From a virus (Duplodnaviria; Caudoviricetes): a stretch of DNA of 64,000 bases. Both the position numbers and the translations under genes were made by a program. Shown in pieces: positions 17,882 to 27,417 of this stretch. The notes beneath the pieces were generated by a model. It was not told where the DNA came from. It saw only the letters and a program-made list of their open reading frames with translations, and did not search any database. The DNA lies in the IMG/VR virus record IMGVR_UViG_3300009826_000020, positions 1-64,000 of that record; one strand, written 5' to 3'. The stretch's first letter is position 1; each line of letters begins with the position of its first letter.

Positions 17882-19122
17882 TGGACATTGAGTGGGCGCT
17901 TATCTGCAAGGCTGTTGAGGTTGGTGGTTATCAGCAGTTGGCAATGGCGCACATCACCGAGGCCTATTTTCAGGATCCCGACAATGCCGCCGCCTTCGGG
18001 TGGATGCGGGATCACTGGAATACCTACGAGGTGCCGCCGGGTGAGGAGGCATTCCGTCACGAGTACCCCGAGGACAACCTGATCGAGACGCCTGAACCTC
18101 TGGCTTATTACATCGATGAGTTACGGGCGCAACGGGAATATGCCTTGGTGACTGCCATGCTCGACCAGATAAAGGAGCCACTGAAGAACGGGGATTCGTC
18201 TATTGCCCTGAAGATCATGGCGACCGGGATCGAAAACATCCATACCGAGGTGGTGCATTTACTTGATGACCATGCCAGTGAGTGGAAGAAAAGAATGAGC
18301 CGCTACGAATTATTGACCGAGCACCAGGGTGGGCTACTCGGGCCACCGACCGGATTCCAGACGATGGACATCGCCACGGGTGGATTGCAGGACCAGCAAC
18401 TGATCACGCTCATCGGGCTGCCGAAGGTGGGCAAGAGCATGATCCTGATGTGCATGAACATCGCCGCCAACCAGGCGGGCAAGAGGACCATGTACGCCAG
18501 CTTCGAGATGACCAACGATGAGCAGTTCCTTCGTCACGATGCCCTCAGGGCCGGTGTGAGCCTCTCCAGGCTCTCCAGGGGGCAACTGGTGGACACTGAG
18601 TGGGCGAAGCTCAGGCGGATGTTCCACGCCAGCGAGGACATGGCTGACATGACTCTGGTGCATGACCCCGCCGGGGTGACCACCGTGTCGGCCATCGCCT
18701 CGAAGATTTCAGAGGTGCGCCCGGACATTGTGTTTATCGACGGGTCCTATCTGATGGATACGGAAAACCCGGCTATCACTCCCGGCACCCCCCAAGCCCT
18801 CACTGAAATGACCCGCTCCCTAAAACGGCTGGCCCAGAGGTTCGATATTCCTATCGTGCAGACGACACAGGCCTTGAGTTGGAAAGCCCGTGGTGGTAAA
18901 TTGAGCCTCGACTCCATCGGGTATTCGTCCAGCTTCGCCCAGGACAGCGATGTGATTTTCGGCGTAGAAGAAGTAAAGGAGCGTCCTGATCTGTTGAACC
19001 TGCGAATTGTGGCATCGAGAAACAGCCCCCGCCGGGAAGTGACCCTGGTGGTCGACCTCGACCACGGGTCTGTTTTGGAGACGGAGGATATTACCTACGA
19101 CTCCGATGACGAGGGCATATGA
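17881..19122 (+). CDS. dnaB: DnaB-like replicative helicase
   Basis: GLPKVGKS, SFEM, IVFIDGSYL, SSFAQDSD; start MDIEW at 17881. Confidence 0.92.
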   Translation: MDIEWALICKAVEVGGYQQLAMAHITEAYFQDPDNAAAFGWMRDHWNTYEVPPGEEAFRHEYPEDNLIETPEPLAYYIDELRAQREYALVTAMLDQIKEPLKNGDSSIALKIMATGIENIHTEVVHLLDDHASEWKKRMSRYELLTEHQGGLLGPPTGFQTMDIATGGLQDQQLITLIGLPKVGKSMILMCMNIAANQAGKRTMYASFEMTNDEQFLRHDALRAGVSLSRLSRGQLVDTEWAKLRRMFHASEDMADMTLVHDPAGVTTVSAIASKISEVRPDIVFIDGSYLMDTENPAITPGTPQALTEMTRSLKRLAQRFDIPIVQTTQALSWKARGGKLSLDSIGYSSSFAQDSDVIFGVEEVKERPDLLNLRIVASRNSPRREVTLVVDLDHGSVLETEDITYDSDDEGI

Positions 19123-20006
19123 TCGAGGATCTGCTCGAACATATAGGTGTCGAGGACATTCGGCCCCGGGGTAATGAGATCCAGGCTCGGTGCCCGAAGC
19201 ACAAGGAGCGCACCGGGAGCCGGGAATTCCGTCCGATCCACTGGTCGATAAATCGGATATCTGGTGCTCACCATTGCTTCAGTTGTGACTACAGCGGGAG
19301 TCTGGTTCGGCTGATAACCGATATGACCAAGCTGAAGCCGTTCGATGCCCAGGTGCTGATCCATAAATTCAATGTCGAATTGGGAGAGATCGAGGTCCCT
19401 GATTGGGAGCCTTCCCTCACGAAGTCAGTGACGAAGCAATTGCGCCACGAGTTCATCGACCCTCCGAATGGCCCTATGACCGTCCGACACCTGAACAAAG
19501 AGGCCATTAGGCGATTCCGTATCCGCTGGGATCCGAAGCAGGAGGCTTGGATCCTGCCCATAGTGGGGCCGAGTGGGGAGACGTGGGGCTGGCAGGCGAA
19601 GTCACCCGACCAGGTTCGTAATTACCCGCTGGGCATCAAAAAGAGCCGTACGCTTTTCGGTATCGATGTGCTGAGGAACAGTAATTCCGTTGCCCTGGTG
19701 GAATCTCCCCTCGATGCCTGCTACCTCGACACCCTGGGCATCCCGGCGGTTGCCTCCTTTGGTGCAGCCGTCTCCGACCGGCAGATGCGCCTGTTGATCG
19801 AGCGGGTGGATGAGATTGTGCTGGCGCTCGACAACGACAAGGCCGGTCGTCGGGAGGTCATGCGGATCCTGGGGGAGAAATGGCACCACCGGATCCCCAT
19901 GAGGGTTTTTGATTACGGGAAGGTCAAGGGCAAGGATCCCGGCGAGTTGACTCGTAAGCAGGTTGAGCACGGTATGGCTAACGCCATTTTGGCTGCGTTC
20001 TGGTAG
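19119..20006 (+). CDS. DNA primase (zinc-binding domain plus TOPRIM)
   Basis: CPKH...CFSC; LVESPLDA; LDNDKAG. Confidence 0.9.
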   Translation: MIEDLLEHIGVEDIRPRGNEIQARCPKHKERTGSREFRPIHWSINRISGAHHCFSCDYSGSLVRLITDMTKLKPFDAQVLIHKFNVELGEIEVPDWEPSLTKSVTKQLRHEFIDPPNGPMTVRHLNKEAIRRFRIRWDPKQEAWILPIVGPSGETWGWQAKSPDQVRNYPLGIKKSRTLFGIDVLRNSNSVALVESPLDACYLDTLGIPAVASFGAAVSDRQMRLLIERVDEIVLALDNDKAGRREVMRILGEKWHHRIPMRVFDYGKVKGKDPGELTRKQVEHGMANAILAAFW

Positions 20007-20303
20007 GTGAAAATGAAACAGTGTCTCGTAATCAAGGTTGAGGAGAACGGGAAGCACCGGACTTGGAACTGCCAACTGGAGGCAGGCCATGAGGGGCGTC
20101 ACCGTTCCATTACTGGTCACCGGGTTTGGGATGATCTCCCTGATCCTGTTGCACCCAGCCCTCCGATTACGTCTGTGGAGGATGCTCTTCTGGCCCTGGA
20201 GGAGATAAAGGACCATCTGTTCGAGTCAGTGCAGGTGATGGTAGATGAACGCTGTGAGGAAATTCAGAGGGTAATCGACTGTCTGTCGAAACTTGAACTG
20301 TGA
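20007..20303 (+). CDS. hypothetical protein
   Basis: 98-aa coupled ORF. Confidence 0.55.
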   Translation: MKMKQCLVIKVEENGKHRTWNCQLEAGHEGRHRSITGHRVWDDLPDPVAPSPPITSVEDALLALEEIKDHLFESVQVMVDERCEEIQRVIDCLSKLEL

Positions 20304-21853
20304 CCTTCGTCGGGGAGCTATATCCCTTTCAGCTTGAAGCCGTCGAGAAAATGATCGAGGCCCGTCGCCTTCTGGTTGCGTACGAGATGGGCCTGGGGAA
20401 AACGGTCATCACCATTGCCGCCATCGAGAAATTGATTGAGGACGACAAGGTGGGCGGGGGTTTGATCATCGCTCCCGCCTCGATAAAGCTCCAATGGCAG
20501 CGCATGATCCAGCAATTCGCCCCGAATGCCTCCTCCATCGTGGTGAACGGAACTGCCAAGCAACGGGGACGCCAGTACCACGATTATCACGCCGGGAAAG
20601 CTGAGTACCTCATTATCAACCCCGAGCAGTTGGTCAACGACTGGGAAATAGTATCCAAGCTGGACCGGGATTTCATCGTGGCCGACGAGGTGCAGTGGGC
20701 GAAAAACTTCAAGCCCAACCGGTCGAAAAAGCTCAAGCGGTTAAGGGCCACCTACTGCTGGGGTCTGACCGGCCAGCCCGTCGAGAACCGGGCTGAAGAA
20801 CTGTTCAGTATTTTCCAGTGGATCGATTCCACCGTGCTGGGGGATTTCCGCACCTTCGAGGCAGCCTTTATCCGCCGGGATCACTGGGGCCGGGTGAAAA
20901 GCTACCGGAACCTGCCTACCCTGCATCGCATCGTCTCCGAGAACATGGTGCGGCGCACAAGAGCCGAGGTGGCTGACCAGCTACCGGCGGTACAGGAGCA
21001 GCTTCTCCTGGTCGATATCGACGCCCCTGGGGCCAGGCTGTACCGGCGGATGGTCCATGACCTGCAGCGGGATGTTGAGGACGCTATCAACACCTGGGGC
21101 AATTTCTCGCTGGCTGGGTATTATCACGGCGATGATCAGGGAGAGGCCCGGGGCCGGATCATGAGCAAGCTGATCTGTATGCGGATGCTCTGTGATCACC
21201 CCGAGCTACTGCGCCTCTCCTCGGCTCATTTCCGGGGAGATATCCCCGGTACCCGAATGGGCAGCCAGTACGCCGAGGAGTTGCACCAAAGTGGCCACCT
21301 GAGGGACGTCAATAAAAGCCCCAAGCTCGATGCCACGGTGGATCTGATCGAGGAGATCCTCGACGCCAACCCCCGCAATAAGGTGGTGTTGTTCTCCTTT
21401 TTCCGAGACATGCTTGATATCGTCGCCACCTCGACGGCGAAGTTCACAAAATCGGTGCTCTTCACGGGGGCGGTTTCCGTTCGGGGCCGGGATGCGGCCA
21501 AGCAGCAATTCGCCAATGACCCTGATACCCGCCTCTTCCTCTCCTCTGATGCCGGGGGGATTGGCCTCGACCTGCCTGCAGCGAACTACCTGATTTCCTA
21601 TGATCTGCCCTGGAGTGCCGGTGCTTACTCCCAGCGACAGAGTCGGATTATCCGTCTCTCCTCGGAATGGCCCGAGGTCACGCTGATTGCCACCGAGGTG
21701 GCCGGATCCATCGAGGAGTACCAGGACGCCCTTCTCGGCCAGAAGAAGAAAATAGCCGACGCCGTGGTGGATGGGAAGGGTATTTCGCCCAAGGGTCGGT
21801 TGACCATGGACCTGAAGAGCTTGACCAGGTTCCTAGAAGAGAGCGTGGTATGA
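20300..21853 (+). CDS. SNF2-family helicase
   Basis: EMGLGKT, IVADEVQ, LTGQP, DAGGIGLDL, QRQSRIIR. Confidence 0.92.
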   Translation: MTFVGELYPFQLEAVEKMIEARRLLVAYEMGLGKTVITIAAIEKLIEDDKVGGGLIIAPASIKLQWQRMIQQFAPNASSIVVNGTAKQRGRQYHDYHAGKAEYLIINPEQLVNDWEIVSKLDRDFIVADEVQWAKNFKPNRSKKLKRLRATYCWGLTGQPVENRAEELFSIFQWIDSTVLGDFRTFEAAFIRRDHWGRVKSYRNLPTLHRIVSENMVRRTRAEVADQLPAVQEQLLLVDIDAPGARLYRRMVHDLQRDVEDAINTWGNFSLAGYYHGDDQGEARGRIMSKLICMRMLCDHPELLRLSSAHFRGDIPGTRMGSQYAEELHQSGHLRDVNKSPKLDATVDLIEEILDANPRNKVVLFSFFRDMLDIVATSTAKFTKSVLFTGAVSVRGRDAAKQQFANDPDTRLFLSSDAGGIGLDLPAANYLISYDLPWSAGAYSQRQSRIIRLSSEWPEVTLIATEVAGSIEEYQDALLGQKKKIADAVVDGKGISPKGRLTMDLKSLTRFLEESVV

Positions 21854-22185
21854 GTGGTCCCACGTACCTTTTCTGTGGCAGTCGACTGACGGATGACCGT
21901 AATCTCATGCGGATCCTGCTGGAGGGATTGAATACCCAGGCTCGTCAGTGGCAGGAGATGATCACGATTCAAGATGACGGTACTCTAAATGATTTAGAGT
22001 ACGAGGTAGAGACGTTCAAGTATTTACGGTATGAGCGTGTCGAGGAGTGGTCGGACCCCAACGTGGTTTTTGCCTTTATTGACCGTATGAGCCACAACCG
22101 TGCCACCGAGGCCACCCTGGCGAGGGCCACTGAAGCTCACCGAGCCGCATTCATCTTCAGCGTTTACGAAAACATTCCCCAGTAG
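21850..22185 (+). CDS. SLOG/YspA-like protein (tentative)
   Basis: YLFCGSRLTD start, VVFAF, RATEATLARA; ATGA overlap. Confidence 0.4.
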   Translation: MSGPTYLFCGSRLTDDRNLMRILLEGLNTQARQWQEMITIQDDGTLNDLEYEVETFKYLRYERVEEWSDPNVVFAFIDRMSHNRATEATLARATEAHRAAFIFSVYENIPQ

Positions 22186-22222
22186 CACACGGGGCCTGGA
22201 GGACGCAGGTACCCTCGGTTGT

Positions 22223-22672
22223 ATGCCGAAGATCGTGACTGTGGATCTCGAAGAGGTACGCCAGGAGGTGGCTGCCTGGTGGGGCCTCAAGCGCCAGGCG
22301 AAAATGCTGGAGACGGAGATCCAGCAGCGCCGGAAGCAGCTATCATCGCTCGTCCAAAAATACGGTGAGAAGGACGACAAGGGCAACCTTTTCCTCGACC
22401 TTGGTGTGGCGGTCACCAACGATGGCATCAGCCAACTGAAGAATCAGATCACGATCAGCACCGGTCTGAACGAGGAAGCCGCCAAAGAGATCCTTGAGGC
22501 CAAGGGTCTGTGGGTGGAGATGACCGAGGTCGTCAGGGTCATCGATGAGGCCCGGGTCAATGCCGCCTTCTATGACAACAAGATCAATGAGGACGAGTTG
22601 ACTCAAATGTTCCCTCAGCGGGTGAGCTACAGCTTCTGGCCGGTGGATGAGGCTGGGAAACAGATCCGATGA
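22223..22672 (+). CDS. conserved actinophage coiled-coil protein
   Basis: GEKDDKGNLFL...VIDEARVNAAFY...MFPQRVSYSF; TACCCT 7 nt upstream. Confidence 0.65.
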   Translation: MPKIVTVDLEEVRQEVAAWWGLKRQAKMLETEIQQRRKQLSSLVQKYGEKDDKGNLFLDLGVAVTNDGISQLKNQITISTGLNEEAAKEILEAKGLWVEMTEVVRVIDEARVNAAFYDNKINEDELTQMFPQRVSYSFWPVDEAGKQIR

Positions 22673-22863
22673 GCAGTCCACCAATCGATCCACATACCGA
22701 GGGGCCGAAGAACCATGACTACCTCTCGACGGCCTGCTATCACGAACTCCATGAGCGGTGCCGGTTGGTCTGTAAATTCTGTGAGACACCCTGTGCCTGT
22801 ATATGCCATCAGGAGGGTGGGGAACATCCATTTCCTGAGGGTGGCGGGGTATTCCTGACATGA
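22669..22863 (+). CDS. small Cys/His-rich protein
   Basis: HDYLSTACYHELHERCRLVCKFCETPCACICH. Confidence 0.6.
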   Translation: MSSPPIDPHTEGPKNHDYLSTACYHELHERCRLVCKFCETPCACICHQEGGEHPFPEGGGVFLT

Positions 22864-23054
22864 CGGTCTGCGAGGGATTCCAGTGGATCGGCCAGACACT
22901 CGCCTCCTGTGACCGGTGCGGCCAGCCCTACTGGGAGCACACCCATGAGGAAGTCCCAGCAGAGGATCAGGCATTCGGCGGGACATGGAAATTGGTTCCT
23001 ATTCCGCCGGAAAAGGCCCGAGCGGTGATGGAGAAATGGGTGCATGATGTCTGA
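22860..23054 (+). CDS. small Cys-containing protein
   Basis: CDRCGQPYWEH; coupled overlaps. Confidence 0.55.
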   Translation: MTVCEGFQWIGQTLASCDRCGQPYWEHTHEEVPAEDQAFGGTWKLVPIPPEKARAVMEKWVHDV

Positions 23055-23520
23055 GCCGGATCTCATGACCCCCTTCGACACCCTCAAGGACGAGTTCTAT
23101 CCAGGGTCGAAAATGCTTCGGCGGGAATCTCTGGAGACGGTCAGGGAGCGTAAAAAGGATGAGCGTCGACAGGAACTTGCCGACGAATCCTGGGACGCCC
23201 ATCCCAAGAAGAAATCCTACCGGGGCGTGGAATACGAGATGTTCAACATCGGTGCCTTCGGAAAGGCCATGGGGAAAAGCCCCGTTACTCTCAGGGCGTG
23301 GATTCGTAAGGGCTGGCTGCCCCGGAATCAGTTTCAAGATCCGCCCGTGATCGGCTCCAGAGGGGATGCAGGACGGAGACTCTGGACCCGTGCCCAGATC
23401 GAGCGCATCGTCGCCATAGCCAGAGAGGAGGGACTGCTAGAACAAAGCCTGCCCCGCATTCAACAGACTAACTTCACCCAGCGGATCACCGACGAATGGA
23501 AGGATCTACGCTGGCGATGA
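23047..23520 (+). CDS. MerR-like HTH DNA-binding protein
   Basis: FNIGAFGKAMGKSPVTLRAWIRKGWLP...RRLWTRAQIERI. Confidence 0.75.
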   Translation: MSEPDLMTPFDTLKDEFYPGSKMLRRESLETVRERKKDERRQELADESWDAHPKKKSYRGVEYEMFNIGAFGKAMGKSPVTLRAWIRKGWLPRNQFQDPPVIGSRGDAGRRLWTRAQIERIVAIAREEGLLEQSLPRIQQTNFTQRITDEWKDLRWR

Positions 23521-23891
23521 AGCTTTCAAAAAACACCCGGTTTCTGGTTCGTGTTCGGGATTACGAGGTTGTCCACATCGAGGTCGGCAGCGAAGTGACG
23601 CACTTCGACCTGGGCTATGACGATCTCGGATGGGCCACCTTGCCACCCAAGCAGCGTGATTCGGAAATCGAACACCTCCACTCCATACTGTCTGTCGCCG
23701 TTGAGGAAATGGCCCGGGAGGAACTGGAAATAGTGGGCCAATGGTCTGAATTTTCTCCCAACGTGGCCGAGGATTTTCTCTCCCATCACTCTGCATCTGC
23801 ATCTGCACCCCTACCACTGAAAAGGAAAGACAATGCCACAGATAAGAAGACTGACTCGCCCACAACAGGACGACGACTACGAGGAGGATGA
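23517..23891 (+). CDS. hypothetical protein
   Basis: ATGA-coupled; C-terminus overlaps the SSB gene by 59 nt. Confidence 0.55.
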   Translation: MKLSKNTRFLVRVRDYEVVHIEVGSEVTHFDLGYDDLGWATLPPKQRDSEIEHLHSILSVAVEEMAREELEIVGQWSEFSPNVAEDFLSHHSASASAPLPLKRKDNATDKKTDSPTTGRRLRGG

Positions 23892-24531
23892 GGCTCCTCG
23901 CCGCCTCCGCACCCCTGAGCCACCTGCACGCCGCAGTTCACACAGGAATGCCGACGATGACCGGGGCCTGGCAGTGGCAAAGGGTCGGGCCGGTTACAAG
24001 CGTGTCAAGGCCAATGCGCCCAGCCCCTTCACGAAATTGTACAAGGTCGGGGATGATGAGGGTCTGATAATGCTCCTTGAGAACGAGCCGTATGCCTCTT
24101 TCCTCCAGCACTGGTGTGACTGGGTAGGCCGTGGTCAGCGCCAGAGCTACATCTGCCTGCAGGAGGATTGCCCGCTCGATGAGGTCGACCCCAAGCCCGC
24201 CATGCGGGTGCGGTGGAATATCCTCGACTGCAGCGGGGATCAGCCCATCCACATGCCCTTCGAGTGTGGCATCGCCGTTAGTGACATGCTGCTCGACTGG
24301 GGCGAAAATGAGCCGCTTTCCGGGCGGTATTTCGGTATTCAGATGAAGGGTCCGAAGAGGAGTCGTAGGACCCAGATCCGTCCGGTGAAGATCAGGGACC
24401 TCGAAGAGGACTGGGATTTTGTGGCCCTCAGTGAGGACGCCATCGAGGGGTTCGATCTCTTCGATGAGAAGACACTTGATGTATCCTCCCGACAGGAGCT
24501 ACGTCAGGTGGCTGACGCTTTCAACGAGTGA
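23833..24531 (+). CDS. single-stranded DNA-binding protein (gp32-like)
   Basis: FLQHW...YICLQEDCPLD Zn-site pattern; acidic C-terminus; adjacent to the polymerase gene. Confidence 0.7.
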   Translation: MPQIRRLTRPQQDDDYEEDEAPRRLRTPEPPARRSSHRNADDDRGLAVAKGRAGYKRVKANAPSPFTKLYKVGDDEGLIMLLENEPYASFLQHWCDWVGRGQRQSYICLQEDCPLDEVDPKPAMRVRWNILDCSGDQPIHMPFECGIAVSDMLLDWGENEPLSGRYFGIQMKGPKRSRRTQIRPVKIRDLEEDWDFVALSEDAIEGFDLFDEKTLDVSSRQELRQVADAFNE

Positions 24532-24535
24532 CTAA

Positions 24536-26509
24536 ATGCTTATTCCCCGGACGGTACATACGCCTGAAGATCTGAAACAGTTGGTACAGGACTACTCGGA
24601 ATTCTCTGAGTTCTCCTTCGACGTCGAGACGCATGCGACCCGTCACGTCCGGGCACTACAGAAGCAGAGGGTACTGGCACGGTCCCGTTACGGGGGCCGT
24701 GTCGCCTTCTGTGAGTCCTGTGGGCAGAGGCTGCCGCCTAGGCGGATGAAATTCTGCTCCGATGTCTGCCAGCGTGCCGCCGGGAAGGACAAGCCCGCCC
24801 TCGATCCCACCACGAACAGGGTCTGGTCCATCAGCCTTGCTGGCCCGGGACGATCTGACGTGATCCCTTGTGGGCACCCGGATACTGCCCAGCCCCAGCT
24901 TCACCGTAGTGAGGTCATGCAGGCCCTGCAACCACTCTTCTTCTCCGACCGCCGCAAGATCAACCAGAACGTTGGCTTCGACCTGCTCACGATTGCTAAA
25001 TACTACGACGGAAAAATCCCGCCACCACCCTATGGCGACGTGATGACGTTGATATTTATCATCAACGAAAACCTCGGTCGCTACAACCTCGCCAGTCTTG
25101 CCGAACACTATCTGGGCTATACCTACGCCGAGAAGTTGGGTGAAGAGGCCTATCGGGTGGAGTTCGAGCGGGCAATGAACTACTCACTCACCGACGCAAA
25201 AATGGCTTGGCTCCTCTGGTGGAAAATGGCTCCCGTGCTGGAGGACCGCCCGAAGTTGTCCTGGCTCTTTGACCTGGAGATGGATGTGCTCCGGGTGCTT
25301 CTGCACATGCGCCAGCACGGGGCCTACGTCGACTACGACGGGTTTCAGCAATTGCACCCCCAGCTTCTCGACCAATTGCACATGCTGGAGGAGGAGATCC
25401 ACGAGATGGCTGGGCGTGAGATCAACCTCAATTCCACACAGCAGTTGGGACGATGGCTGTATGACAAGCCGCCCGAGGGGTTGGGATTGCCGTGTCTCTG
25501 GTACACCGAGACGGGGCAACGTTCGACCAGTGCCGATGCTCTCAAGCGGTTGATCAAAAAACACAAAGCGCCCCAGAAGATTTTGTCCTACAAAGACGTC
25601 TCGAAGATGCTCTCCACCTATGTGGCTGGCTTCTTTCCGCACATCGATGCCGACTCACGAATCCGTCCCAGCTTCAACCAGGCCGTGGCGAAGACCGGCA
25701 GGCTCAGTTGTAGCTCACCGAATGCCCAGAATATCCCCGCCCGATACAGGGAAAATACTGAGGCCGAGGGTGACATGGTGCGCCGTCTCTTCGTGGCCCC
25801 ACCGGGGAAGAAGCTGATCGTGGCCGACTACAGCCAGATCGAGCTACGTGTGCTCGCCCACCAGACCAAGGACCGCATGCTCCTCTACGCCTACAGGGAG
25901 GGGCTGGATCTCCACACCCAGACGGCGTCCCTGATCTACAAGGTGCCTGAGGACAAGGTCACCACAGAGCAGCGAGCCATCGCCAAAAACAGCAACTTCA
26001 ACCTGAGCTTTGAGGGTGGCCCCGGGCGCATCGTGGAAATGTCCGGTATATCCAAGGACGAGGCCCAAAAGGTTTACAACGCCTGGCATGCCGCCTATCC
26101 TGGGGTGAAGAAGTGGGGTAGCTCTGTAAAGCGTCAATGCTTTACGGATGGCTATGTCGAAACCCTCTATGGACGCAAGCGGAGGCTGCCCGATATCAAG
26201 TCCTCTGACAACAAGCTACGCAGTTATGCTGAGCGCCAGGCTGTCAACCATCCGATCCAGGGCACCGCCGCCGACATTGCAAAAATCGCTCTGATCCAGG
26301 TACACGAAGTCCTTCGCCTTTTTAACGCCAGTCTGGTGCTCCAGATCCATGATGAGTTTGTGATCGAGTGCGAGGAGGACAAGGTGGACGAGGTTCTCCC
26401 CCTGGTCAGAGAGGCCATGGAGGATATCCGCCTGAGGGGTCGTCCTGTATTAGATGTACCATTGGAAGTCAATATAGGCATTGGAAATGATTGGGCCGCA
26501 GCAAAATGA
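24536..26509 (+). CDS. polA: family A DNA polymerase (3'-5' exonuclease plus polymerase) with zinc-finger insertion
   Basis: FDVET, NVGFD, YSLTDA; ADYSQIELRVLAH; R..AK...F; QIHDE. Confidence 0.95.
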   Translation: MLIPRTVHTPEDLKQLVQDYSEFSEFSFDVETHATRHVRALQKQRVLARSRYGGRVAFCESCGQRLPPRRMKFCSDVCQRAAGKDKPALDPTTNRVWSISLAGPGRSDVIPCGHPDTAQPQLHRSEVMQALQPLFFSDRRKINQNVGFDLLTIAKYYDGKIPPPPYGDVMTLIFIINENLGRYNLASLAEHYLGYTYAEKLGEEAYRVEFERAMNYSLTDAKMAWLLWWKMAPVLEDRPKLSWLFDLEMDVLRVLLHMRQHGAYVDYDGFQQLHPQLLDQLHMLEEEIHEMAGREINLNSTQQLGRWLYDKPPEGLGLPCLWYTETGQRSTSADALKRLIKKHKAPQKILSYKDVSKMLSTYVAGFFPHIDADSRIRPSFNQAVAKTGRLSCSSPNAQNIPARYRENTEAEGDMVRRLFVAPPGKKLIVADYSQIELRVLAHQTKDRMLLYAYREGLDLHTQTASLIYKVPEDKVTTEQRAIAKNSNFNLSFEGGPGRIVEMSGISKDEAQKVYNAWHAAYPGVKKWGSSVKRQCFTDGYVETLYGRKRRLPDIKSSDNKLRSYAERQAVNHPIQGTAADIAKIALIQVHEVLRLFNASLVLQIHDEFVIECEEDKVDEVLPLVREAMEDIRLRGRPVLDVPLEVNIGIGNDWAAAK

Positions 26510-27000
26510 GTGACGCAGCTTCGTGGTGGGCCAGGCAGCTAGGTGGCGTGAGATCCGCCCCTACGCCGGTCTCCCAGCCCGCCGGTTACCCCCAGAAGGC
26601 CGTGCGGTGGCAGCAGCCCCAGTACCCCCCGACTGGTCCCCAACGCCCGCCCGACCAGCCGGAGGGCGAAGACGACGATAATTGGCACCGTGTCCACCGT
26701 CAAGGGTTTGTGGCGAAAAGCCCGTCGAGCGCAGGGAAAACCGGTGCCTGCCCTGAGTGTGGTGGGTCGAATTACTTCAGTCGCAAGGGGCCATTGGGTG
26801 TTGAGGCTGCTCCGCTCTGTACCGATTGCGGATATAATGGGGACTTTTTTGTGCAGTCAGGTACGCTCCTGAACGCCATCGGGGCCAAGAGCACTGGACC
26901 CGTGCAGTTCGCCAGGACAGATAATCCCGAGGCCCAGAGTCGCCTGTGGGCCGACCCCGGACTCGCAGGCAGTGACTTCAGTTGGGGGAACGTCGGATAG
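26506..27000 (+). CDS. zinc-ribbon protein
   Basis: CPECGGSNYF...CTDCGY; ATGA-coupled. Confidence 0.65.
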   Translation: MSDAASWWARQLGGVRSAPTPVSQPAGYPQKAVRWQQPQYPPTGPQRPPDQPEGEDDDNWHRVHRQGFVAKSPSSAGKTGACPECGGSNYFSRKGPLGVEAAPLCTDCGYNGDFFVQSGTLLNAIGAKSTGPVQFARTDNPEAQSRLWADPGLAGSDFSWGNVG

Positions 27001-27008
27001 GAGGCATC

Positions 27009-27257
27009 ATGCCTAGAGGAAAATCGCCAGGACCTAGTGTCCTCAAAAAGGACTCGTACGAAAAGCTCAAGGAGAAGGGTTTTTCCAAGTCCAAGGCTGC
27101 GGCTATATCCAACGCCCAGGCTCAGGGTAAGGGTCGCCGCCATGAGATGGGGGAGAAGGCAGCCGAGACGAGGAAGTCAGGTCGGGGGGCTATGAGTAAG
27201 ACGGGCGAAGCTCAGCCGACCAATAATCCCAGGAACAAAAAGGAGAATCGTGGCTGA
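27009..27257 (+). CDS. small basic protein resembling an actinobacterial family (DUF7218-like, recalled from memory)
   Basis: GPSVLKKDSYEKLKEKGFSKSKAAAISNA; AGGAGG SD. Confidence 0.55.
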   Translation: MPRGKSPGPSVLKKDSYEKLKEKGFSKSKAAAISNAQAQGKGRRHEMGEKAAETRKSGRGAMSKTGEAQPTNNPRNKKENRG

Positions 27258-27417
27258 GAAAAAGGAACCTTTTGGTGGTAAACAGGCTCCACCTTTTGGG
27301 AAAAAGGAGGCAAAGACCCCTGGTCGTAAGCCCCGCAAGGGCGAGGTAACCCCTACTGATAAGGCGATGGGAAAAGCAGAGCGGCATTATACGCCGAAGG
27401 GCCAGAAGAGTGGCTGA
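27250..27417 (+). CDS. small Lys-rich protein (55 aa)
   Basis: read by hand: (M)AEKKEPFGGKQAPPFGKKEAKTPGRKPRKG...; GTGGCTGA overlaps at both ends. Confidence 0.6.
   Translation: MAEKKEPFGGKQAPPFGKKEAKTPGRKPRKGEVTPTDKAMGKAERHYTPKGQKSG

Noticed and set aside
23569-23577. Isolated perfect DnaA box (another at 51242-51250)
   Set aside because: Single copies inside coding sequence (EVVHI, LWIT) far from the origin cluster; compatible with chance.
24641-24796. Polymerase insertion as an intein or intron
   Set aside because: Too short, lacks intein terminal residues, and the reading frame is continuous.
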